DNA of 64,000 nucleotides from positions 146,977-210,976 of the forward strand of contig CACJML010000001.1 of NCBI GenBank assembly GCA_902594515.1. The letters are read 5' to 3'. Each line of letters begins with the position of its first letter. Position 1 is the first letter of the stretch. Both the position numbers and the translations under genes were made by a program. Below the pieces are notes generated by a model. It made no database searches, was not told where the DNA came from, and saw only the letters and a program-made list of their open reading frames with translations. This document shows, piece by piece, positions 17,490 through 31,566 of this stretch. The stretch comes from an uncultured SAR86 cluster bacterium (GTDB lineage Bacteria; Pseudomonadota; Gammaproteobacteria; Magnimaribacterales; D2472).

Positions 17490-20400
17490 ATGTCATATAG
17501 CTATACAGAAAAGAGAAGGATTAGGAAAAACTTTGGCAGATTACCTAAGGTAATGAGATTGCCTAAGCTTATAGAGACTCAGTTAAATTCTTATGCTGAG
17601 TTTTTACAAAGCGATGTGCCTGCAGACAAAAGAAATAAACAAGGTCTGGAGGAAGTTTTCCAAACTCTTTTTCCTATCACTAGCGTATCTGGCAACGCTG
17701 CACTTGAATATGTATCTTATGAATTAGGCAATCCTGCATATACTGTTCAGGAATGTTTGATCCAAGGATTAAGTTACTCTGCTCCTCTAAGAATCAAGGT
17801 TAGGCTTGTGATCTATGATCGCGAGACTAATTTTGAAAAAGTTAAAGATGTAAAAGAGGGTGAAGTTTTTATGGGTGAAGTCCCATTAATGACAAATGAT
17901 GGCTCTTTCATTGTTAACGGCACAGAGAGAGTAGTAGTTAACCAATTGCATAGATCACCTGGCGTTTTTTATGACCATGATAGAGGCAAGACACACTCAT
18001 CAGGAAAGGTGCTTTACTCAGCACGAATTATTCCTTACAGAGGTTCTTGGCTAGATTTTGAGTTTGATGCTAAAGATATTTTATTCTGCCGAATAGATAG
18101 AAGGCGTAAAATTCCCGCAACAATTATTCTAAGAGCTCTCGAAATGAGTTCAGAAGAGATTTTACATAGCTTTTATGATGTTGATGAGTATGAAATAACC
18201 AAAGATGAGGTTTCTACCAAATTAATACCTTCTAGGTTAAGAGGGGAAACTTTATCAGTAGACCTTAAAGTGAGAACCAAGGTCATTGTTGAAGCTAATA
18301 AAAGAATTACCGCACGTCATATAAGAGAATTAGAATCTTCAAAGATAGATGTTTTAAAGCTCTCTAAAGACTATCTCATTAATAAAGTAACCGCCAAAGA
18401 TGTTATTGACTCAGAAACTGGTGAGGTCTTGTTACCAGCTAACTCAGTTATTGATACATCTACACTTGAGCTTCTGGAAAAGCACAATATAAGCCAGCTT
18501 ACATGCCTGTACATAAATGAACTAGAAAGAGGTCCATACATTTCAAACACATTAAGAAATGATCCTACCTCTAATAGGTTGGAGGCGTTGGTAGAAATTT
18601 ACAGGATGATGCGTCCAGGCGAGCCCCCTACAAGAGATTCTGCTGAGCAACTTTTTCAAAATTTATTCTTTAACGCCGAAAGATATGATCTATCTGATGT
18701 TGGAAGAATGAAATTTAATCGAAGACTTAATATCACAGAAGACAAAGAAAATCCTGGCATCCTTGATACTGAAGATATATTAAATGTGATGAAAGGCATT
18801 GTTAATATCCGTGACGGTCATGACATAGTTGATGATATTGATCATCTAGGAAACAGAAGAGTTAGATCTGTGGGTGAGATGACTGCAAATCAGTTCAGAG
18901 TTGGATTAATAAGGGTTGAGAGAGCGGTTAGAGAAAGACTTAGTATGGCTGAAGCCGATGAATTAGGACCTCAAGATCTTATCAATGCAAAACCGGTAAC
19001 CGCGGCAATCAAAGAATTTTTTGGTTCAAGTCAGTTATCTCAATTTATGGATCAAAATAACCCCCTTTCAGAGATTACTCATAAAAGAAGAGTATCTGCC
19101 CTGGGGCCTGGTGGATTAACTAGGGAGAGAGCTGGATTTGAGGTTAGGGATGTTCACCCTACTCATTATGGGAGACTTTGTCCTATTGAGACTCCAGAAG
19201 GACCTAACATTGGGCTAATTAATTCGTTTGCATGTTATGCACGAACAAATGATTATGGGTTTATTGAAACCCCGTTCCGTAAAGTAGTTAAAGGTAAAGT
19301 CACTGATGAAATAATTTATCTCTCAGCGATTGATGAGGCTGAGCATGTTATAGCCCAAGCAAATGCTGCTCTGGACAAATCAAATAAATTTATGGATGAC
19401 CTGATTCCTGTCAGATTCAACGGAGAATCAAGTCTTATGTCATCTGAAAGAATTGACTTAATGGATGTAGCACCACAACAAGTTGTATCTGTTGCTGCAT
19501 CATTAATTCCTTTCTTAGAACATGATGATGCAAATAGAGCTCTTATGGGTTCAAACATGCAACGACAAGCAGTACCGGTTCTAAAGCCAGAAAAACCACT
19601 TGTTGGTACAGGGTTTGAAACTGTAGTTGCAGGTGATTCAGGTGTATGTGTTGTTGCAAATAACAATGGCGTGGTTGAAAGCGTCGATGCTGGTCGTATT
19701 GTTGTTAGGGTAACTGATGCAAAATCAAATGATTCTGTTGATATCTATAATCTAATTAAATATACCCGGTCAAATCAAAACACATGCATCAATCAGCGTC
19801 CGCTAGTCTCTGTCGGGGATAAGGTAGTTGCTGGAGATATTCTTGCAGACGGCCCTTCTGTTGATAATGGTGAGCTAGCGCTTGGTCAAAATATAAGAAT
19901 TGCTTTCATGCCATGGAATGGCTACAACTTTGAGGATTCAATATTGTTATCGGAAAAAGTTGCAAGAGAAGACAGATTTACATCAATTCACATTCAAGAA
20001 TTGACCTGCATAGCAAGGGATACCAAATTAGGTTCTGAAGAAATAACTGCTGATATTCCAAATGTTGGTGAGGGTTCTTTAGGAAAGTTAGATGATTGTG
20101 GAATTGTTTACGTAGGTGCCGAAGTAAAAGCTGGTGATATATTGGTCGGTAAAATTACTCCTAAAGGTGAGACACAGCTCTCGCCCGAAGAAAAACTACT
20201 TCGAGCTATATTTGGTGAGAAGGCTTCAGATGTAAAAGATTCTTCACTTCGAGTTCCTTCAAGCACAAATGGAACAGTTATAGGAGTAGAAGTCTTTACT
20301 CGAGATGGCGTTGAAAAGGATGAGAGAACAAAGTCCATTGAAGCTGACCATTTAGCAGACGCGCAAAAAGATTCTGATGACGAAATCAGAATTGTTAATC

Positions 20401-21557
20401 AGGCAACAAAAATCAGATTAGTTGACTTAATTAAAGGTAATAAAGTTGTTAAAGGAACCGGTTTAAAGAAAGGCTCAAAGCCAGATGCTTCTGATCTTTC
20501 AGAGTTAGAGCTTGATTCATTATTATCAGTAAGAACTGATAATGAAAATGCGAACACAAAAATCGAAGATGCTGAAAAGCAATTGAAGAAACATCTCAAA
20601 GACATTAAAGAAAAGTTCGAAGAGAGAAAGCAAAAAATTACTCGCGGGCACGATTTAGCACCAGGTGTTATCAAGATTGTTAAAGTTTACATGGCAATCA
20701 AAAGACGCATTCAGCCAGGAGATAAGATGGCTGGTCGTCATGGTAATAAAGGGGTCATTTCCGAGATTATGCCAATCGAAGACATGCCATATGATGAGCA
20801 GGGTAATTCTGTTGATGTAGTTTTAAATCCTCTGGGCGTACCCTCTAGGATGAATGTTGGTCAGGTTCTAGAAACACATTTAGGTGCTGCAGCAAAAGGC
20901 ATTGGAGAAAAAATTAATCTCATGATGAAAGAGAATGCTAAAGCTGATGAGCTTAAAAAATATTTAGACAAACTATACAACAGTGATGCAACTATCAAGG
21001 AAGACTTAAACTCATTATCAAACAATGAAATTATGACGCTTGCTGGAAATCTTAGAGATGGAATGCCAGTTGCCACACCAGTGTTTGATGGTGCTAAAGA
21101 ATCACAAATTAAATCGCTTCTTACCGAAGCTGGTTTAGATGAGTCAGGTCAGATAACTCTTTATGACGGAAGAACAGGCAGGAAGTTTGAAAGACCGGTA
21201 ACTGTAGGTTATATGTATATGATTAAACTGAATCACCTCGTTGATGACAAAATGCATGCCAGATCTACTGGTTCATATAGTCTTGTTACTCAGCAACCTC
21301 TTGGTGGCAAAGCTCAGTTTGGTGGCCAAAGATTTGGTGAGATGGAGGTATGGGCGCTCGAAGCTTATGGAGCTGCTTACACACTTCAGGAAATGCTTAC
21401 AGTTAAATCGGACGATGTTGCTGGTAGAACGAAGATGTATAAAAACATCGTGGATGGAAATTATGCTATGGATGCAAATGTACCTGAGTCATTTAATGTT
21501 CTGAGTAAAGAGATAAAGTCCTTAGGAATAAACATTGAACTTGATTCAGAAAACTAG
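17490..21557 (+). CDS. rpoB: RNA polymerase beta subunit
   Basis: [51 protein letters not shown]. Confidence 0.99.
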   Translation: MSYSYTEKRRIRKNFGRLPKVMRLPKLIETQLNSYAEFLQSDVPADKRNKQGLEEVFQTLFPITSVSGNAALEYVSYELGNPAYTVQECLIQGLSYSAPLRIKVRLVIYDRETNFEKVKDVKEGEVFMGEVPLMTNDGSFIVNGTERVVVNQLHRSPGVFYDHDRGKTHSSGKVLYSARIIPYRGSWLDFEFDAKDILFCRIDRRRKIPATIILRALEMSSEEILHSFYDVDEYEITKDEVSTKLIPSRLRGETLSVDLKVRTKVIVEANKRITARHIRELESSKIDVLKLSKDYLINKVTAKDVIDSETGEVLLPANSVIDTSTLELLEKHNISQLTCLYINELERGPYISNTLRNDPTSNRLEALVEIYRMMRPGEPPTRDSAEQLFQNLFFNAERYDLSDVGRMKFNRRLNITEDKENPGILDTEDILNVMKGIVNIRDGHDIVDDIDHLGNRRVRSVGEMTANQFRVGLIRVERAVRERLSMAEADELGPQDLINAKPVTAAIKEFFGSSQLSQFMDQNNPLSEITHKRRVSALGPGGLTRERAGFEVRDVHPTHYGRLCPIETPEGPNIGLINSFACYARTNDYGFIETPFRKVVKGKVTDEIIYLSAIDEAEHVIAQANAALDKSNKFMDDLIPVRFNGESSLMSSERIDLMDVAPQQVVSVAASLIPFLEHDDANRALMGSNMQRQAVPVLKPEKPLVGTGFETVVAGDSGVCVVANNNGVVESVDAGRIVVRVTDAKSNDSVDIYNLIKYTRSNQNTCINQRPLVSVGDKVVAGDILADGPSVDNGELALGQNIRIAFMPWNGYNFEDSILLSEKVAREDRFTSIHIQELTCIARDTKLGSEEITADIPNVGEGSLGKLDDCGIVYVGAEVKAGDILVGKITPKGETQLSPEEKLLRAIFGEKASDVKDSSLRVPSSTNGTVIGVEVFTRDGVEKDERTKSIEADHLADAQKDSDDEIRIVNQATKIRLVDLIKGNKVVKGTGLKKGSKPDASDLSELELDSLLSVRTDNENANTKIEDAEKQLKKHLKDIKEKFEERKQKITRGHDLAPGVIKIVKVYMAIKRRIQPGDKMAGRHGNKGVISEIMPIEDMPYDEQGNSVDVVLNPLGVPSRMNVGQVLETHLGAAAKGIGEKINLMMKENAKADELKKYLDKLYNSDATIKEDLNSLSNNEIMTLAGNLRDGMPVATPVFDGAKESQIKSLLTEAGLDESGQITLYDGRTGRKFERPVTVGYMYMIKLNHLVDDKMHARSTGSYSLVTQQPLGGKAQFGGQRFGEMEVWALEAYGAAYTLQEMLTVKSDDVAGRTKMYKNIVDGNYAMDANVPESFNVLSKEIKSLGINIELDSEN

Positions 21558-21566
21558 GAGAAAATT

Positions 21567-24500
21567 TTGAGAGATTTATTAAACTTATTAAAGTCTAACC
21601 AAGAAGATTTTTCTTCTATTAGTGCAGGTCTAGCTTCACCTCAAATGGTGAGATCATGGTCATTTGGTGAGGTCAAAAAACCAGAAACTATTAACTATAG
21701 AACATTTAAGCCAGAACGTGATGGTTTATTTTGTGCAAAGATTTTTGGTCCAGTTAAAGACTACGAGTGCGTTTGCGGAAAATATAAGAGAATGAAGCAT
21801 AGAGGTGTAGTTTGCGAAAAATGTGGAGTGGAAGTCACGCTTGCAAAAGTTAGGCGAGACAGAATGGGACATATTGAATTAGCAGCGCCTGTTGCTCACA
21901 TCTGGTTCCTCAAATCATTACCATCAAGAATTGGCTTGCTGCTAGATTTAACTCTAAGAGAAATAGAAAGAGTTCTTTATTTTGAAAGCTACATCATTAC
22001 TGATCCAGGCCTTACAGATCTAGAGAAATGCCAGATTCTAACAGAAGAAGAATATATTGAAGCATTTGATGAATACGGTGATGAATTCACAGCTGGTATG
22101 GGAGCTGAGGCTGTTCAACAGCTTCTTCAAGAAATAGATTTAGATGAAGAAATTAAGATAATAAGAGAAGAAGTACCTCAAACAAACTCTGAAACTAAGC
22201 TAAAGAAACTTTCTAAGCGTTTAAAACTGCTTGAGGCCTTCAAAGACTCTGGTAACAAACCCGAATGGATGATTATGAACGCATTGCCAGTTCTTCCACC
22301 TGATTTAAGGCCACTTGTTCCTTTAGAAGGTGGGCGATTTGCAACTTCTGATTTAAATGATTTATACCGTAGGGTAATTAATAGAAACAATAGATTAAGA
22401 AGACTCCTTGAGCTTGGTGCTCCTGACATTATTGTAAGGAACGAAAAAAGAATGCTTCAAGAGAGTGTAGATGCTCTTCTAGATAATGGAAGAAGAGGCA
22501 GAGTCATTACTGGTACTAACAAAAGACCACTCAAATCATTGGCTGATATGATCAAAGGTAAGGGTGGAAGATTTAGACAAAACCTCCTAGGTAAGCGAGT
22601 TGACTATTCTGGTAGGTCTGTAATCGTTGCTGGTCCTAATTTGAAACTTCATCAATGTGGCTTACCAAAGAAAATGGCCCTTGAGCTATTTAAGCCATAT
22701 GTCTACGGCAAGCTTGAGCAGAGAGAGCTAGCTACAACTATTAAAGCTGCTAAAAAGTTGGTTGAAAGAGAAACTCCAGAAGTTTGGGAGATACTCGAAG
22801 AAGTCATTAGAGAACATCCTGTTCTTCTTAACAGGGCTCCAACTCTCCATAGGCTAGGTATCCAAGCTTTTGAACCATTATTGGTTGAGGGAAAAGCTAT
22901 ACAACTTCATCCATTAGTATGTGTTGCTTTTAATGCTGATTTTGATGGTGACCAAATGGCGGTTCATGTTCCATTAACAATTGAAGCTCAACTTGAGGCT
23001 AGGGCTTTAATGATGTCAACAAATAATATTTTATCTCCTGCGAATGGAGAGCCAATTATCAACCCATCTCAAGATGTTGTATTAGGTCTTTACTATATGA
23101 CTAGAGAAAAAATTGGTGCTACAGGATCTGGAAGGGTGTTTAGTAATCCAGATGAAGTTCTTAGAGCTTATGAATCTGAAACCATAGATCTGCATGCAAA
23201 GATTAAAGTAAGAATTACAAATGCTGACAAAGGAAAGTTTCTTGAAGAGACAACAGTTGGAAGGGTTTTGATCTGGAGGATTACACCTATTGAAGTTGGC
23301 TTCGATAATGTCAATAAGACATTGGATAAAAAACTCATTTCAAAATTAATTGATATCTCTTATCGAAAGGCGGGATTGAAATCGACTGTAATTTTTGCTG
23401 ATCAGTTAATGTATCTTGGATTTGATTATTCAACTCGATCTGGTTCATCTATTGGTGTGGATGATTTTGTTATTCCAGAAGAAAAGCCTTCAATTATTGA
23501 TTCAGCTGAGAAAGAAGTAAAAGAAATTGAGAGTCAGTTTTCTTCAGGCCTTGTAACCCAGGGTGAGCGATACAATAAAGTTATCGATATTTGGTCGCGC
23601 GCAAATGAAAAGGTTGCTAAGGCAATGATGGCTAAGATTAGTACTGATGTTGCTGTGGATGAGGATGGAAAAGAAGCCGAGCAACCATCATTTAACTCTG
23701 TATTTATTTACGCTGATTCTGGAGCTAGAGGCTCGCCTGCACAGATTAGGCAGTTATCAGGAATGAGAGGCCTTATGTCAAAGCCTGATGGATCAATTAT
23801 AGAAACTCCAATTACTGCAAACTTTAGAGAGGGCTTATCAGTTCTTCAATACTTCATTTCAACTCATGGAGCTCGTAAGGGCCTAGCTGACACCGCATTG
23901 AAAACTGCGAACTCTGGATACCTTACTAGAAGGCTTTGTGATGTTGCAATGGACTCTGTTGTAATCGAAGAAGATTGTGGAACTGATCAATCAATTGTAA
24001 TTTCATCGATAATAGATGGAGGTGAAATTATTCAGCCTCTTACTGAAAGAATTCTCGGTAGGGTCATAGCTGAAAAACTTACTGATAAAGATGGAAAAGA
24101 AATTTTCCCAGCTGGACACATGATCGATGAAGATTCTATTCCGGTTATTGATGATCTCAATCTAAGCTCTTTAAAAGTAAGATCTCCAATGACTTGTGAA
24201 TCAAAATATGGAGTCTGCTCTAAATGTTATGGGCGTGATCTTGCAAGAGGTCATTTAGTTCATAGGGGAGAAGCAGTTGGAGTTGTTGCTGCCCAATCTA
24301 TTGGTGAGCCCGGAACTCAATTGACAATGAGAACATTCCATATCGGTGGTGCTGCATCAAGCTCTTCAGAAGATAATGCTGTAATTATAGAAAATAATGG
24401 CGTAATTAATTTTTCTGATGATATCAAAACAGTCACAAATAAAGATAAAAATGAAGTTGTTATCTCTAGAAATACTCTAGTTACTTTAAGCGATGATCAG

Positions 24501-25748
24501 GGGAAGCTTGTTGAAAAACATAAAATCCCTTATGGATCTACCTTATTTGTAAAAGATGGTGCAACTGTTGAGCCAGGAACAAAGGTTGCTGGATGGGATC
24601 CATATACTCGCCCAATTATTTCTGAAGTTAAAGGAAAGATTAAATTCACAGACATAGTTGATGGAGTAACTGTTAGAGCTAAAACAGATGAGCTTACCGG
24701 AATGAGCAGTGTGGAAGTAATTGAAACTTCAGAAAGACCCTCTGCAGGAAAAGAACTAGCCCCTTCAATATCAGTAGTTGATGGTCGAGGTAAAGTTCTA
24801 ACTATTGGTGATCATAAGGCTCCTGCAAATTACACGATGCCTGCCAAGGCATTAATTAACCTCAAGGATGGAGGCTCTATTTCTGCTGGTGAGGTTTTAG
24901 CTAGGATTCCCTTAGAGGGCTCGAAGACAAAAGATATTACCGGTGGCTTACCAAGAGTTGCAGATTTATTTGAGGCCAGAAAACCTAAAGATGCAGCGGT
25001 TCTTGCAGAAGAGTCAGGTCTTGTTTCTTTTGGTAAGGAGACCAAAGGCAAAGTAAGGCTTGTAATTACTCCAGATGGCGCGACTAAAAAAGCTCATAAC
25101 GTAGAAATGCTTATACCAAAACATAGGATTCTTACCGTTTTTGAAGGAGAGCAGGTTGAGAAGGGAGATATTATTTCTGATGGACCTTTAAGTCCACATG
25201 ACATACTTAGACTGCGAGGAATTCCTGAGCTCACCAATTTCATAGTTAATGAGATTCAAGATGTTTATAGGCTTCAAGGAGTTTCTATAAATGATAAACA
25301 CATTGAGACTATTTTGAGGCAGATGCTCAGAAAGGCTTTAATACTTGATGGCGGAGAAACAAAATTCATCCAAGGAGATCAAGTTGAATACTCTGACTTA
25401 GTTGAAGAAAATGAAAAAGCTAAAGATGCTGGCAAGCAAGAGGCTACTTTCGAAAGAGTCCTTCTTGGAATTACAAAAGCGTCTCTAACAACCAATTCAT
25501 TCATCTCAGCTGCTTCTTTCCAAGAAACAACACGTGTTCTAACAGAAGCATCGGTGACTGGTAAGAAAGATGTATTAAGAGGATTAAAAGAGAATGTTGT
25601 TGTTGGTAGGTTAATTCCTGCAGGTACTGGTATGGAGTACCACGATAAGATGCAAAACAAAAAAACCTCAACAGAAGAAGAGTCAATGCTTACTGCTGAT
25701 GAAATCGAAGCAGCATTAAGACAAGAACTTCAAGAAACTGAGGAATAA
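21567..25748 (+). CDS. rpoC: RNA polymerase beta' subunit
   Basis: [10 protein letters not shown] catalytic motif, N-terminal zinc cluster, [16 protein letters not shown]. Confidence 0.99.
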   Translation: MRDLLNLLKSNQEDFSSISAGLASPQMVRSWSFGEVKKPETINYRTFKPERDGLFCAKIFGPVKDYECVCGKYKRMKHRGVVCEKCGVEVTLAKVRRDRMGHIELAAPVAHIWFLKSLPSRIGLLLDLTLREIERVLYFESYIITDPGLTDLEKCQILTEEEYIEAFDEYGDEFTAGMGAEAVQQLLQEIDLDEEIKIIREEVPQTNSETKLKKLSKRLKLLEAFKDSGNKPEWMIMNALPVLPPDLRPLVPLEGGRFATSDLNDLYRRVINRNNRLRRLLELGAPDIIVRNEKRMLQESVDALLDNGRRGRVITGTNKRPLKSLADMIKGKGGRFRQNLLGKRVDYSGRSVIVAGPNLKLHQCGLPKKMALELFKPYVYGKLEQRELATTIKAAKKLVERETPEVWEILEEVIREHPVLLNRAPTLHRLGIQAFEPLLVEGKAIQLHPLVCVAFNADFDGDQMAVHVPLTIEAQLEARALMMSTNNILSPANGEPIINPSQDVVLGLYYMTREKIGATGSGRVFSNPDEVLRAYESETIDLHAKIKVRITNADKGKFLEETTVGRVLIWRITPIEVGFDNVNKTLDKKLISKLIDISYRKAGLKSTVIFADQLMYLGFDYSTRSGSSIGVDDFVIPEEKPSIIDSAEKEVKEIESQFSSGLVTQGERYNKVIDIWSRANEKVAKAMMAKISTDVAVDEDGKEAEQPSFNSVFIYADSGARGSPAQIRQLSGMRGLMSKPDGSIIETPITANFREGLSVLQYFISTHGARKGLADTALKTANSGYLTRRLCDVAMDSVVIEEDCGTDQSIVISSIIDGGEIIQPLTERILGRVIAEKLTDKDGKEIFPAGHMIDEDSIPVIDDLNLSSLKVRSPMTCESKYGVCSKCYGRDLARGHLVHRGEAVGVVAAQSIGEPGTQLTMRTFHIGGAASSSSEDNAVIIENNGVINFSDDIKTVTNKDKNEVVISRNTLVTLSDDQGKLVEKHKIPYGSTLFVKDGATVEPGTKVAGWDPYTRPIISEVKGKIKFTDIVDGVTVRAKTDELTGMSSVEVIETSERPSAGKELAPSISVVDGRGKVLTIGDHKAPANYTMPAKALINLKDGGSISAGEVLARIPLEGSKTKDITGGLPRVADLFEARKPKDAAVLAEESGLVSFGKETKGKVRLVITPDGATKKAHNVEMLIPKHRILTVFEGEQVEKGDIISDGPLSPHDILRLRGIPELTNFIVNEIQDVYRLQGVSINDKHIETILRQMLRKALILDGGETKFIQGDQVEYSDLVEENEKAKDAGKQEATFERVLLGITKASLTTNSFISAASFQETTRVLTEASVTGKKDVLRGLKENVVVGRLIPAGTGMEYHDKMQNKKTSTEEESMLTADEIEAALRQELQETEE

Positions 25749-25750
25749 TA

Positions 25751-25786
25751 TTGACCATGTACTCACTCATATATACAATCGCGCAC
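25751..25786 (+). promoter_or_regulatory. sigma70 promoter of the str genes
   Basis: TTGACC-17 nt-TACAAT then discriminator CGCGCAC. Confidence 0.85.
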
Positions 25787-25797
25787 AGTAAATAATT

Positions 25798-26642
<845 letters not shown>

Positions 26643-26656
26643 AACGAGACCAAGTT

Positions 26657-28750
26657 ATGGCTAGAACCACTGAGTTAAATAAGTATAGAAATATTGGTAT
26701 ATGTGCCCACGTGGACGCAGGTAAAACGACAACTACTGAGAGGGTGCTATTTTATACAGGTCTTTCTCATAAGATCGGTGAGGTTCATGACGGTGCGGCT
26801 ACTATGGACTGGATGGAGCAAGAACAAGAAAGAGGTATTACCATCACCTCTGCTGCAACAACTTGCTTTTGGTCTGGAATGGAGCAGCAATATCCAGAAC
26901 ATAGAGTTAACATTATTGATACACCAGGACACGTTGACTTTACTATTGAAGTTGAGAGATCTTTAAGGGTTCTGGATGGAGCGGTCGTAGTATTTTGTGG
27001 AACATCAGGAGTCGAGCCTCAATCTGAAACAGTTTGGAGGCAAGCTAATCGATATAAAGTTCCAAGAATTGTATTTGTAAACAAAATGGATAGAGCTGGT
27101 GCAGACTTTGAAAGAGTTGTTGATCAAATTCGTGACAGATTAAAAGCTACCGTTGTTCCACTTCAACTGAATATCGGTAGTGAGGAAGAATTTAAGGGTG
27201 TTGTCGACTTAATAAATATGAGGGCCATCTATTGGAACGAATCTGATCAGGGACTTACATTTGATTCCAAGGAAATACCGGAAGAATTAGTTGCTAGGTG
27301 CAATGAATTGCGTGAAGAAATGGTAGAAAATGCTGCTGAAGCAAATGAAGAACTTATGGATGCTTACTTAGAGTCTGGTGAGCTCACCATAGAACAGATT
27401 AAAGAAGGTCTTAGAATTAGAACAATAGGTAACGAGATTGTGCCTGCTCTTTGCGGAAGCGCTTTTAAGAACAAGGGCGTACAAGCGGTATTAGATGCGG
27501 TTATTGATTTCTTACCAGCACCGGATGAGGTTGAAGCTATAAAGGGTACACTTCCTGGAGATGAAGAAGTAGAGGCTTCAAGACAGTCATCTGATGAAGA
27601 GCCTTTCTCAGCTCTTGCATTCAAAATTGCTACAGATCCATTTGTTGGAACACTTACATTTATTAGGGTTTATTCAGGTGTTGTGTCTGTGGGCGACTCA
27701 GTCATTAACTCAACAAAAGGCAAAAAAGAACGTATCGGAAGAATGGTGCAGATGCATTCAAATAATAGAAATGAGCTAAAAGAGATCAGAGCTGGTGATA
27801 TTGCAGCATGTATTGGTCTTAAGGATATTACAACAGGTGATACGCTATGCGACGGGTCAAATGAGATTGTATTAGAGAGAATGGACTTCCCTGAACCAGT
27901 TATTTCCGTAGCCGTTGAACCAAAATCTAAAGCTGACCAAGAAAAAATGTCTATTGCTCTTGGAAAGCTAGCCCAAGAGGATCCATCATTTAGAGTTAAC
28001 ACTGACGAGGAATCTGGGCAAACTATTATTTCCGGAATGGGTGAGCTTCATCTTGATGTATTGGTAGATAGAATGAAAAGGGAGTTTTCAGTTGAAGCAA
28101 ACATTGGTAAGCCTCAAGTAGCCTATAGAGAAACAATTAGAGAAGCCGTAGAGATTGAGGGTAAATTTGTTAGACAAAGTGGAGGTCGAGGACAGTATGG
28201 CCATGTTTGGTTGAAATTAGAGCCTCTGGGGCTCGATGATGAGTACGAATTTGTTGATGAGATTGTTGGGGGTGTTATACCTAAAGAATATATACCATCG
28301 GTTAACAAAGGCATTCAGGAGCAAATGCAGAATGGTGTTGTTGCCGGATATCCATTGCTTGCTTTAAAAGCAACCTTATATGATGGTTCTTTTCATGATG
28401 TAGATTCAAGTGAGATGGCTTTCAAGATTGCTGGATCAATGGCATTAAAAGAAGGTGCTTTAAAGGCAAAGCCTGTTCTGTTAGAGCCTGTGATGAAGGT
28501 TGAGGTTGTTACCCCAGAAGAACATATGGGTGATGTGGTTGGTGACTTGAACAGAAGACGAGGAATTATTCAGGGTATGGACGAGATTCCTGCAGGAAAA
28601 GTTGTCAGGTCAGAAGTACCTCTTTCAGAGATGTTTGGTTATGCAACGGATGTTCGCTCACAAACTCAAGGAAGAGCTAGTTTTTCAATGGAATTTCTAA
28701 AGTATGCTGAGGTTCCAAACAACATTGCAGAACAACTAAAAACTGCATAA
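26657..28750 (+). CDS. fusA: Elongation factor G
   Basis: [32 protein letters not shown]. Confidence 0.99.
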   Translation: MARTTELNKYRNIGICAHVDAGKTTTTERVLFYTGLSHKIGEVHDGAATMDWMEQEQERGITITSAATTCFWSGMEQQYPEHRVNIIDTPGHVDFTIEVERSLRVLDGAVVVFCGTSGVEPQSETVWRQANRYKVPRIVFVNKMDRAGADFERVVDQIRDRLKATVVPLQLNIGSEEEFKGVVDLINMRAIYWNESDQGLTFDSKEIPEELVARCNELREEMVENAAEANEELMDAYLESGELTIEQIKEGLRIRTIGNEIVPALCGSAFKNKGVQAVLDAVIDFLPAPDEVEAIKGTLPGDEEVEASRQSSDEEPFSALAFKIATDPFVGTLTFIRVYSGVVSVGDSVINSTKGKKERIGRMVQMHSNNRNELKEIRAGDIAACIGLKDITTGDTLCDGSNEIVLERMDFPEPVISVAVEPKSKADQEKMSIALGKLAQEDPSFRVNTDEESGQTIISGMGELHLDVLVDRMKREFSVEANIGKPQVAYRETIREAVEIEGKFVRQSGGRGQYGHVWLKLEPLGLDDEYEFVDEIVGGVIPKEYIPSVNKGIQEQMQNGVVAGYPLLALKATLYDGSFHDVDSSEMAFKIAGSMALKEGALKAKPVLLEPVMKVEVVTPEEHMGDVVGDLNRRRGIIQGMDEIPAGKVVRSEVPLSEMFGYATDVRSQTQGRASFSMEFLKYAEVPNNIAEQLKTA

Positions 28751-28768
28751 ATAAACAACAATTTAAAG

Positions 28769-28798
28769 TTGACATATAGCCCTTAGGAAGCCTAGAAT
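28769..28798 (+). promoter_or_regulatory. sigma70 promoter of the S10 genes
   Basis: TTGACA-18 nt-TAGAAT; leader to the rpsJ ATG is only ~25 nt. Confidence 0.8.
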
Positions 28799-28830
28799 AC
28801 GCAACCTTTGCTATATTAGAAAGAGATTGT

Positions 28831-29142
28831 ATGGAAGACCAGAATATAAGAATACGCTTAAAAGCTTTTGATTATAGGCTGATTGATGCATCTGCAAAAC
28901 TTATTTCAGAAACCGCAAAGAAGACTGGAGCTGTAGTCAAAGGACCAATTCCTTTGCCAGTTAAAAAAGAGAGAACTACAGTACTGATTTCACCGCACAA
29001 AGATAAAGATGCAAGGGATCAGTATGAGATTAGAACATATAAAAGGTTGATGGATATTGTTCAACCTACTGATAAAACGGTTGATGCTCTAATGAAGCTT
29101 GACCTTTCATCAGGAGTAGATGTTCAAATTAGCTTAGGCTAA
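28831..29142 (+). CDS. rpsJ: 30S ribosomal protein S10
   Basis: [28 protein letters not shown]. Confidence 0.98.
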   Translation: MEDQNIRIRLKAFDYRLIDASAKLISETAKKTGAVVKGPIPLPVKKERTTVLISPHKDKDARDQYEIRTYKRLMDIVQPTDKTVDALMKLDLSSGVDVQISLG

Positions 29143-29154
29143 TTTGAAATTTTT

Positions 29155-29193
29155 AACGCAATAGCGGCCATAGAGGGTAAAGCCCCGTAGAAA
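29155..29193 (+). promoter_or_regulatory. 23S rRNA helix 19-20 mimic upstream of rplC (putative L4-binding regulatory RNA)
   Basis: AACGC-AATA-GCG-GCCATAG-AGGGTAAAGCCCC-GTAG, closely matching 23S domain I (...GCGGCCATAG-N-GGGTGA-N-AGCCCCGTA), directly before SD AAAGGAG. Confidence 0.7.
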
Positions 29194-29203
29194 GGAGATT
29201 AAA

Positions 29204-29836
29204 TTGAGCATAGGCTTAATTGGAAAAAAAGCTGGCATGTCACGTCTTTTTCAAGAAGACGGCACTTCAATTCCTGTAACTATTGTTTCAGTTGCAGGTA
29301 ACTTCGTCACCGATATTAAGACTTCTGATAGAGATGGCTACAGTTCTGTAGTGATATCTAAGCAATTTTTTAAGAAAAAGAAACTCAAAAAATCGCAAGC
29401 TGAATATTTCAAAAAACATAATGTTAACCCAGGAAAGCTACATGAGTTCCGTACATCTAATATTGACGATCTTAAAGTAGGTTTACATGTTGATGCCTCT
29501 GTATTTGAAGCTGGCCAAAAAGTTGATGTTACTGGTACATCAAAGGGTAAAGGTTATGCAGGTGTTATAAAACGGCATAACTTTAGAATGCAAGATGCCA
29601 CACATGGTAATTCATTATCACATAGAGCTCACGGATCCACTGGTCAATGTCAAACACCTGGGAGGGTTTGGAAGGGTAAGAAAATGTCAGGACAAATGGG
29701 TAACGTACAAAAAACTGTTCAGAACTTAGAAGTTGTTCAAACTGATATTGAAAATAACTTAATTTATATTAAAGGAGCTGTTCCTGGTCCAACTGGGTCG
29801 ACATTAAAGCTTTCTCATTCGGTTAAAACATCATGA
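29204..29836 (+). CDS. rplC: 50S ribosomal protein L3
   Basis: TTG start after AAGGAG; GKKAGMS, GTSKGKGYAG, THGNSLSHR, GKKMSGQMG. Confidence 0.98.
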   Translation: MSIGLIGKKAGMSRLFQEDGTSIPVTIVSVAGNFVTDIKTSDRDGYSSVVISKQFFKKKKLKKSQAEYFKKHNVNPGKLHEFRTSNIDDLKVGLHVDASVFEAGQKVDVTGTSKGKGYAGVIKRHNFRMQDATHGNSLSHRAHGSTGQCQTPGRVWKGKKMSGQMGNVQKTVQNLEVVQTDIENNLIYIKGAVPGPTGSTLKLSHSVKTS

Positions 29837-30444
29837 AGCTTAATTTAGTTAATAGTGAATCAAAAACTGATATTAGTCTTCCGGAGTCAGTTTTTGGAAA
29901 GGATTTTAATGAAGATTTGGTTCACCAAGCAGTAGTTACTTTCTTGGCAGGCGCAAGACAGGGGTCGCACAAGCAAAAAACTAGATCTGAAGTTCGCGGT
30001 GGTGGTAAGAAACCTTATAGACAAAAAGGAACAGGAAGAGCAAGAGCAGGTACTATTAGAAGTCCAATATGGCGTGGAGGCGGTGTTCCTTTTGCTGCAG
30101 TACCTAGAGATTACTCTAAGAAGATTAATAAGAAAATGTATAGAGCTGCTATTCGCTCAATACTTTCTGAGCTTTATAGACAAGACAGAATAATTGGTTT
30201 GGCTAAGCCTACATTAGAGGCTCCTAAAACAAAGGTGATGGCAAAAATTATAAAAGATGCCGGTCTTGATAGCGTACTGATCATCCTTGATGAAATGGAT
30301 ACCAATATATACCTATCAGCAAGGAATATACCTCATGTAGAGGTAGTGACTGTGAAAGAAATTAATCCCGTTGTGCTTCTAAGGTCTGACAAGGTTGCAA
30401 TCACACCCGAAGCACTTTCATTAATAGAGGCTTGGGTAAAATGA
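29833..30444 (+). CDS. rplD: 50S ribosomal protein L4
   Basis: KTRSEVRGGGKKPYRQKGTGRARAG. Confidence 0.98.
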   Translation: MKLNLVNSESKTDISLPESVFGKDFNEDLVHQAVVTFLAGARQGSHKQKTRSEVRGGGKKPYRQKGTGRARAGTIRSPIWRGGGVPFAAVPRDYSKKINKKMYRAAIRSILSELYRQDRIIGLAKPTLEAPKTKVMAKIIKDAGLDSVLIILDEMDTNIYLSARNIPHVEVVTVKEINPVVLLRSDKVAITPEALSLIEAWVK

Positions 30445-30737
30445 ATCAAGAAAAAATCCTTACATTAATTGATTCTCCTTACATTACTGAGAAGGCATCA
30501 AAGCTTGCATCTGAGAAAAATCAGGTTGTATTTAAAGTAAATATTAATGCTAATAAATTAGAAATTAAGAAAGCTGTTGAAAAACTTTTTAATGTAGAAG
30601 TGAAATCAGTTACCACTTCAATAGTTAAAGGCAAAAATAAAAGAAATAGGTTTGGCACCTATAAAAAATCTAACTTTAAAAAAGCGTTTGTCTCATTAAA
30701 AGAAGGTTCAGAAATTCAGTTTGAGGGTGTTAACTAA
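30441..30737 (+). CDS. rplW: 50S ribosomal protein L23
   Basis: ATG 30441 overlaps the rplD stop; [28 protein letters not shown]. Confidence 0.97.
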   Translation: MNQEKILTLIDSPYITEKASKLASEKNQVVFKVNINANKLEIKKAVEKLFNVEVKSVTTSIVKGKNKRNRFGTYKKSNFKKAFVSLKEGSEIQFEGVN

Positions 30738-31564
30738 TGGCAATCATTAAAGCAAAACCAACAAGTGCTGGAAGAAGATTTGTTGTTTCTGTTAAGTCAG
30801 ATCTTTATAAAGGTAAGCCTCATAAGCCATTGCTTGATAAAAAATCAAAAAATGGTGGCCGAAATAATAATGGCAGGATTACCGTTCGTCATCAGGGCGG
30901 AGGACATAAACAACATTACAGAATTGTAGATTTTAAGAGAGCAAAGTTTGATGTCCCTGCGACAGTTCTAAGAATTGAATACGATCCCAATCGATCAGCT
31001 CATATCGCATTAATTCAATATATTGATGGTGAAAAATCTTATATTATTGCGCCATCTAAATTAAAGGTTGGGGCCTCAATTTCATCATCTGAAAAAACTG
31101 AAATCGCTCCAGGTAATAGCATGCCTTTAAGCAACATACCTCTTGGTACAAATGTTCATTGTGTTGAGATGAAGCCAGGAAAAGGAGCTCAAATTGCAAG
31201 ATCAGCTGGAACCTCTGCAAGAGTTGTAGCAAAAGAAGGTATCTATACAACCTTGAGACTGCAGTCAGGTGAAATGAGAAAGATCCTCTCTGAGTGCCGT
31301 GCAACAATCGGGGTTGTCTCAAATCAAGAAAACAACTTAAGATCTTTGGGAAAAGCTGGTGCCAAGAGATGGAGAGGAGTTCGACCAACTGTTAGAGGTG
31401 TTGCTATGAACCCTATTGATCACCCTCATGGCGGTGGTGAAGGGAGAACATCTGGGGGTAGACATCCTTCAACTCCATGGGGTGTTCCTACTAAAGGTTA
31501 TAAAACTAGAAAAAATACTAGGTCTGATAACTTAATTGTACGAAGAAGAGCTAAGAGGAAATAG
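30737..31564 (+). CDS. rplB: 50S ribosomal protein L2
   Basis: [34 protein letters not shown]. Confidence 0.99.
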   Translation: MAIIKAKPTSAGRRFVVSVKSDLYKGKPHKPLLDKKSKNGGRNNNGRITVRHQGGGHKQHYRIVDFKRAKFDVPATVLRIEYDPNRSAHIALIQYIDGEKSYIIAPSKLKVGASISSSEKTEIAPGNSMPLSNIPLGTNVHCVEMKPGKGAQIARSAGTSARVVAKEGIYTTLRLQSGEMRKILSECRATIGVVSNQENNLRSLGKAGAKRWRGVRPTVRGVAMNPIDHPHGGGEGRTSGGRHPSTPWGVPTKGYKTRKNTRSDNLIVRRRAKRK

Positions 31565-31566
31565 TC

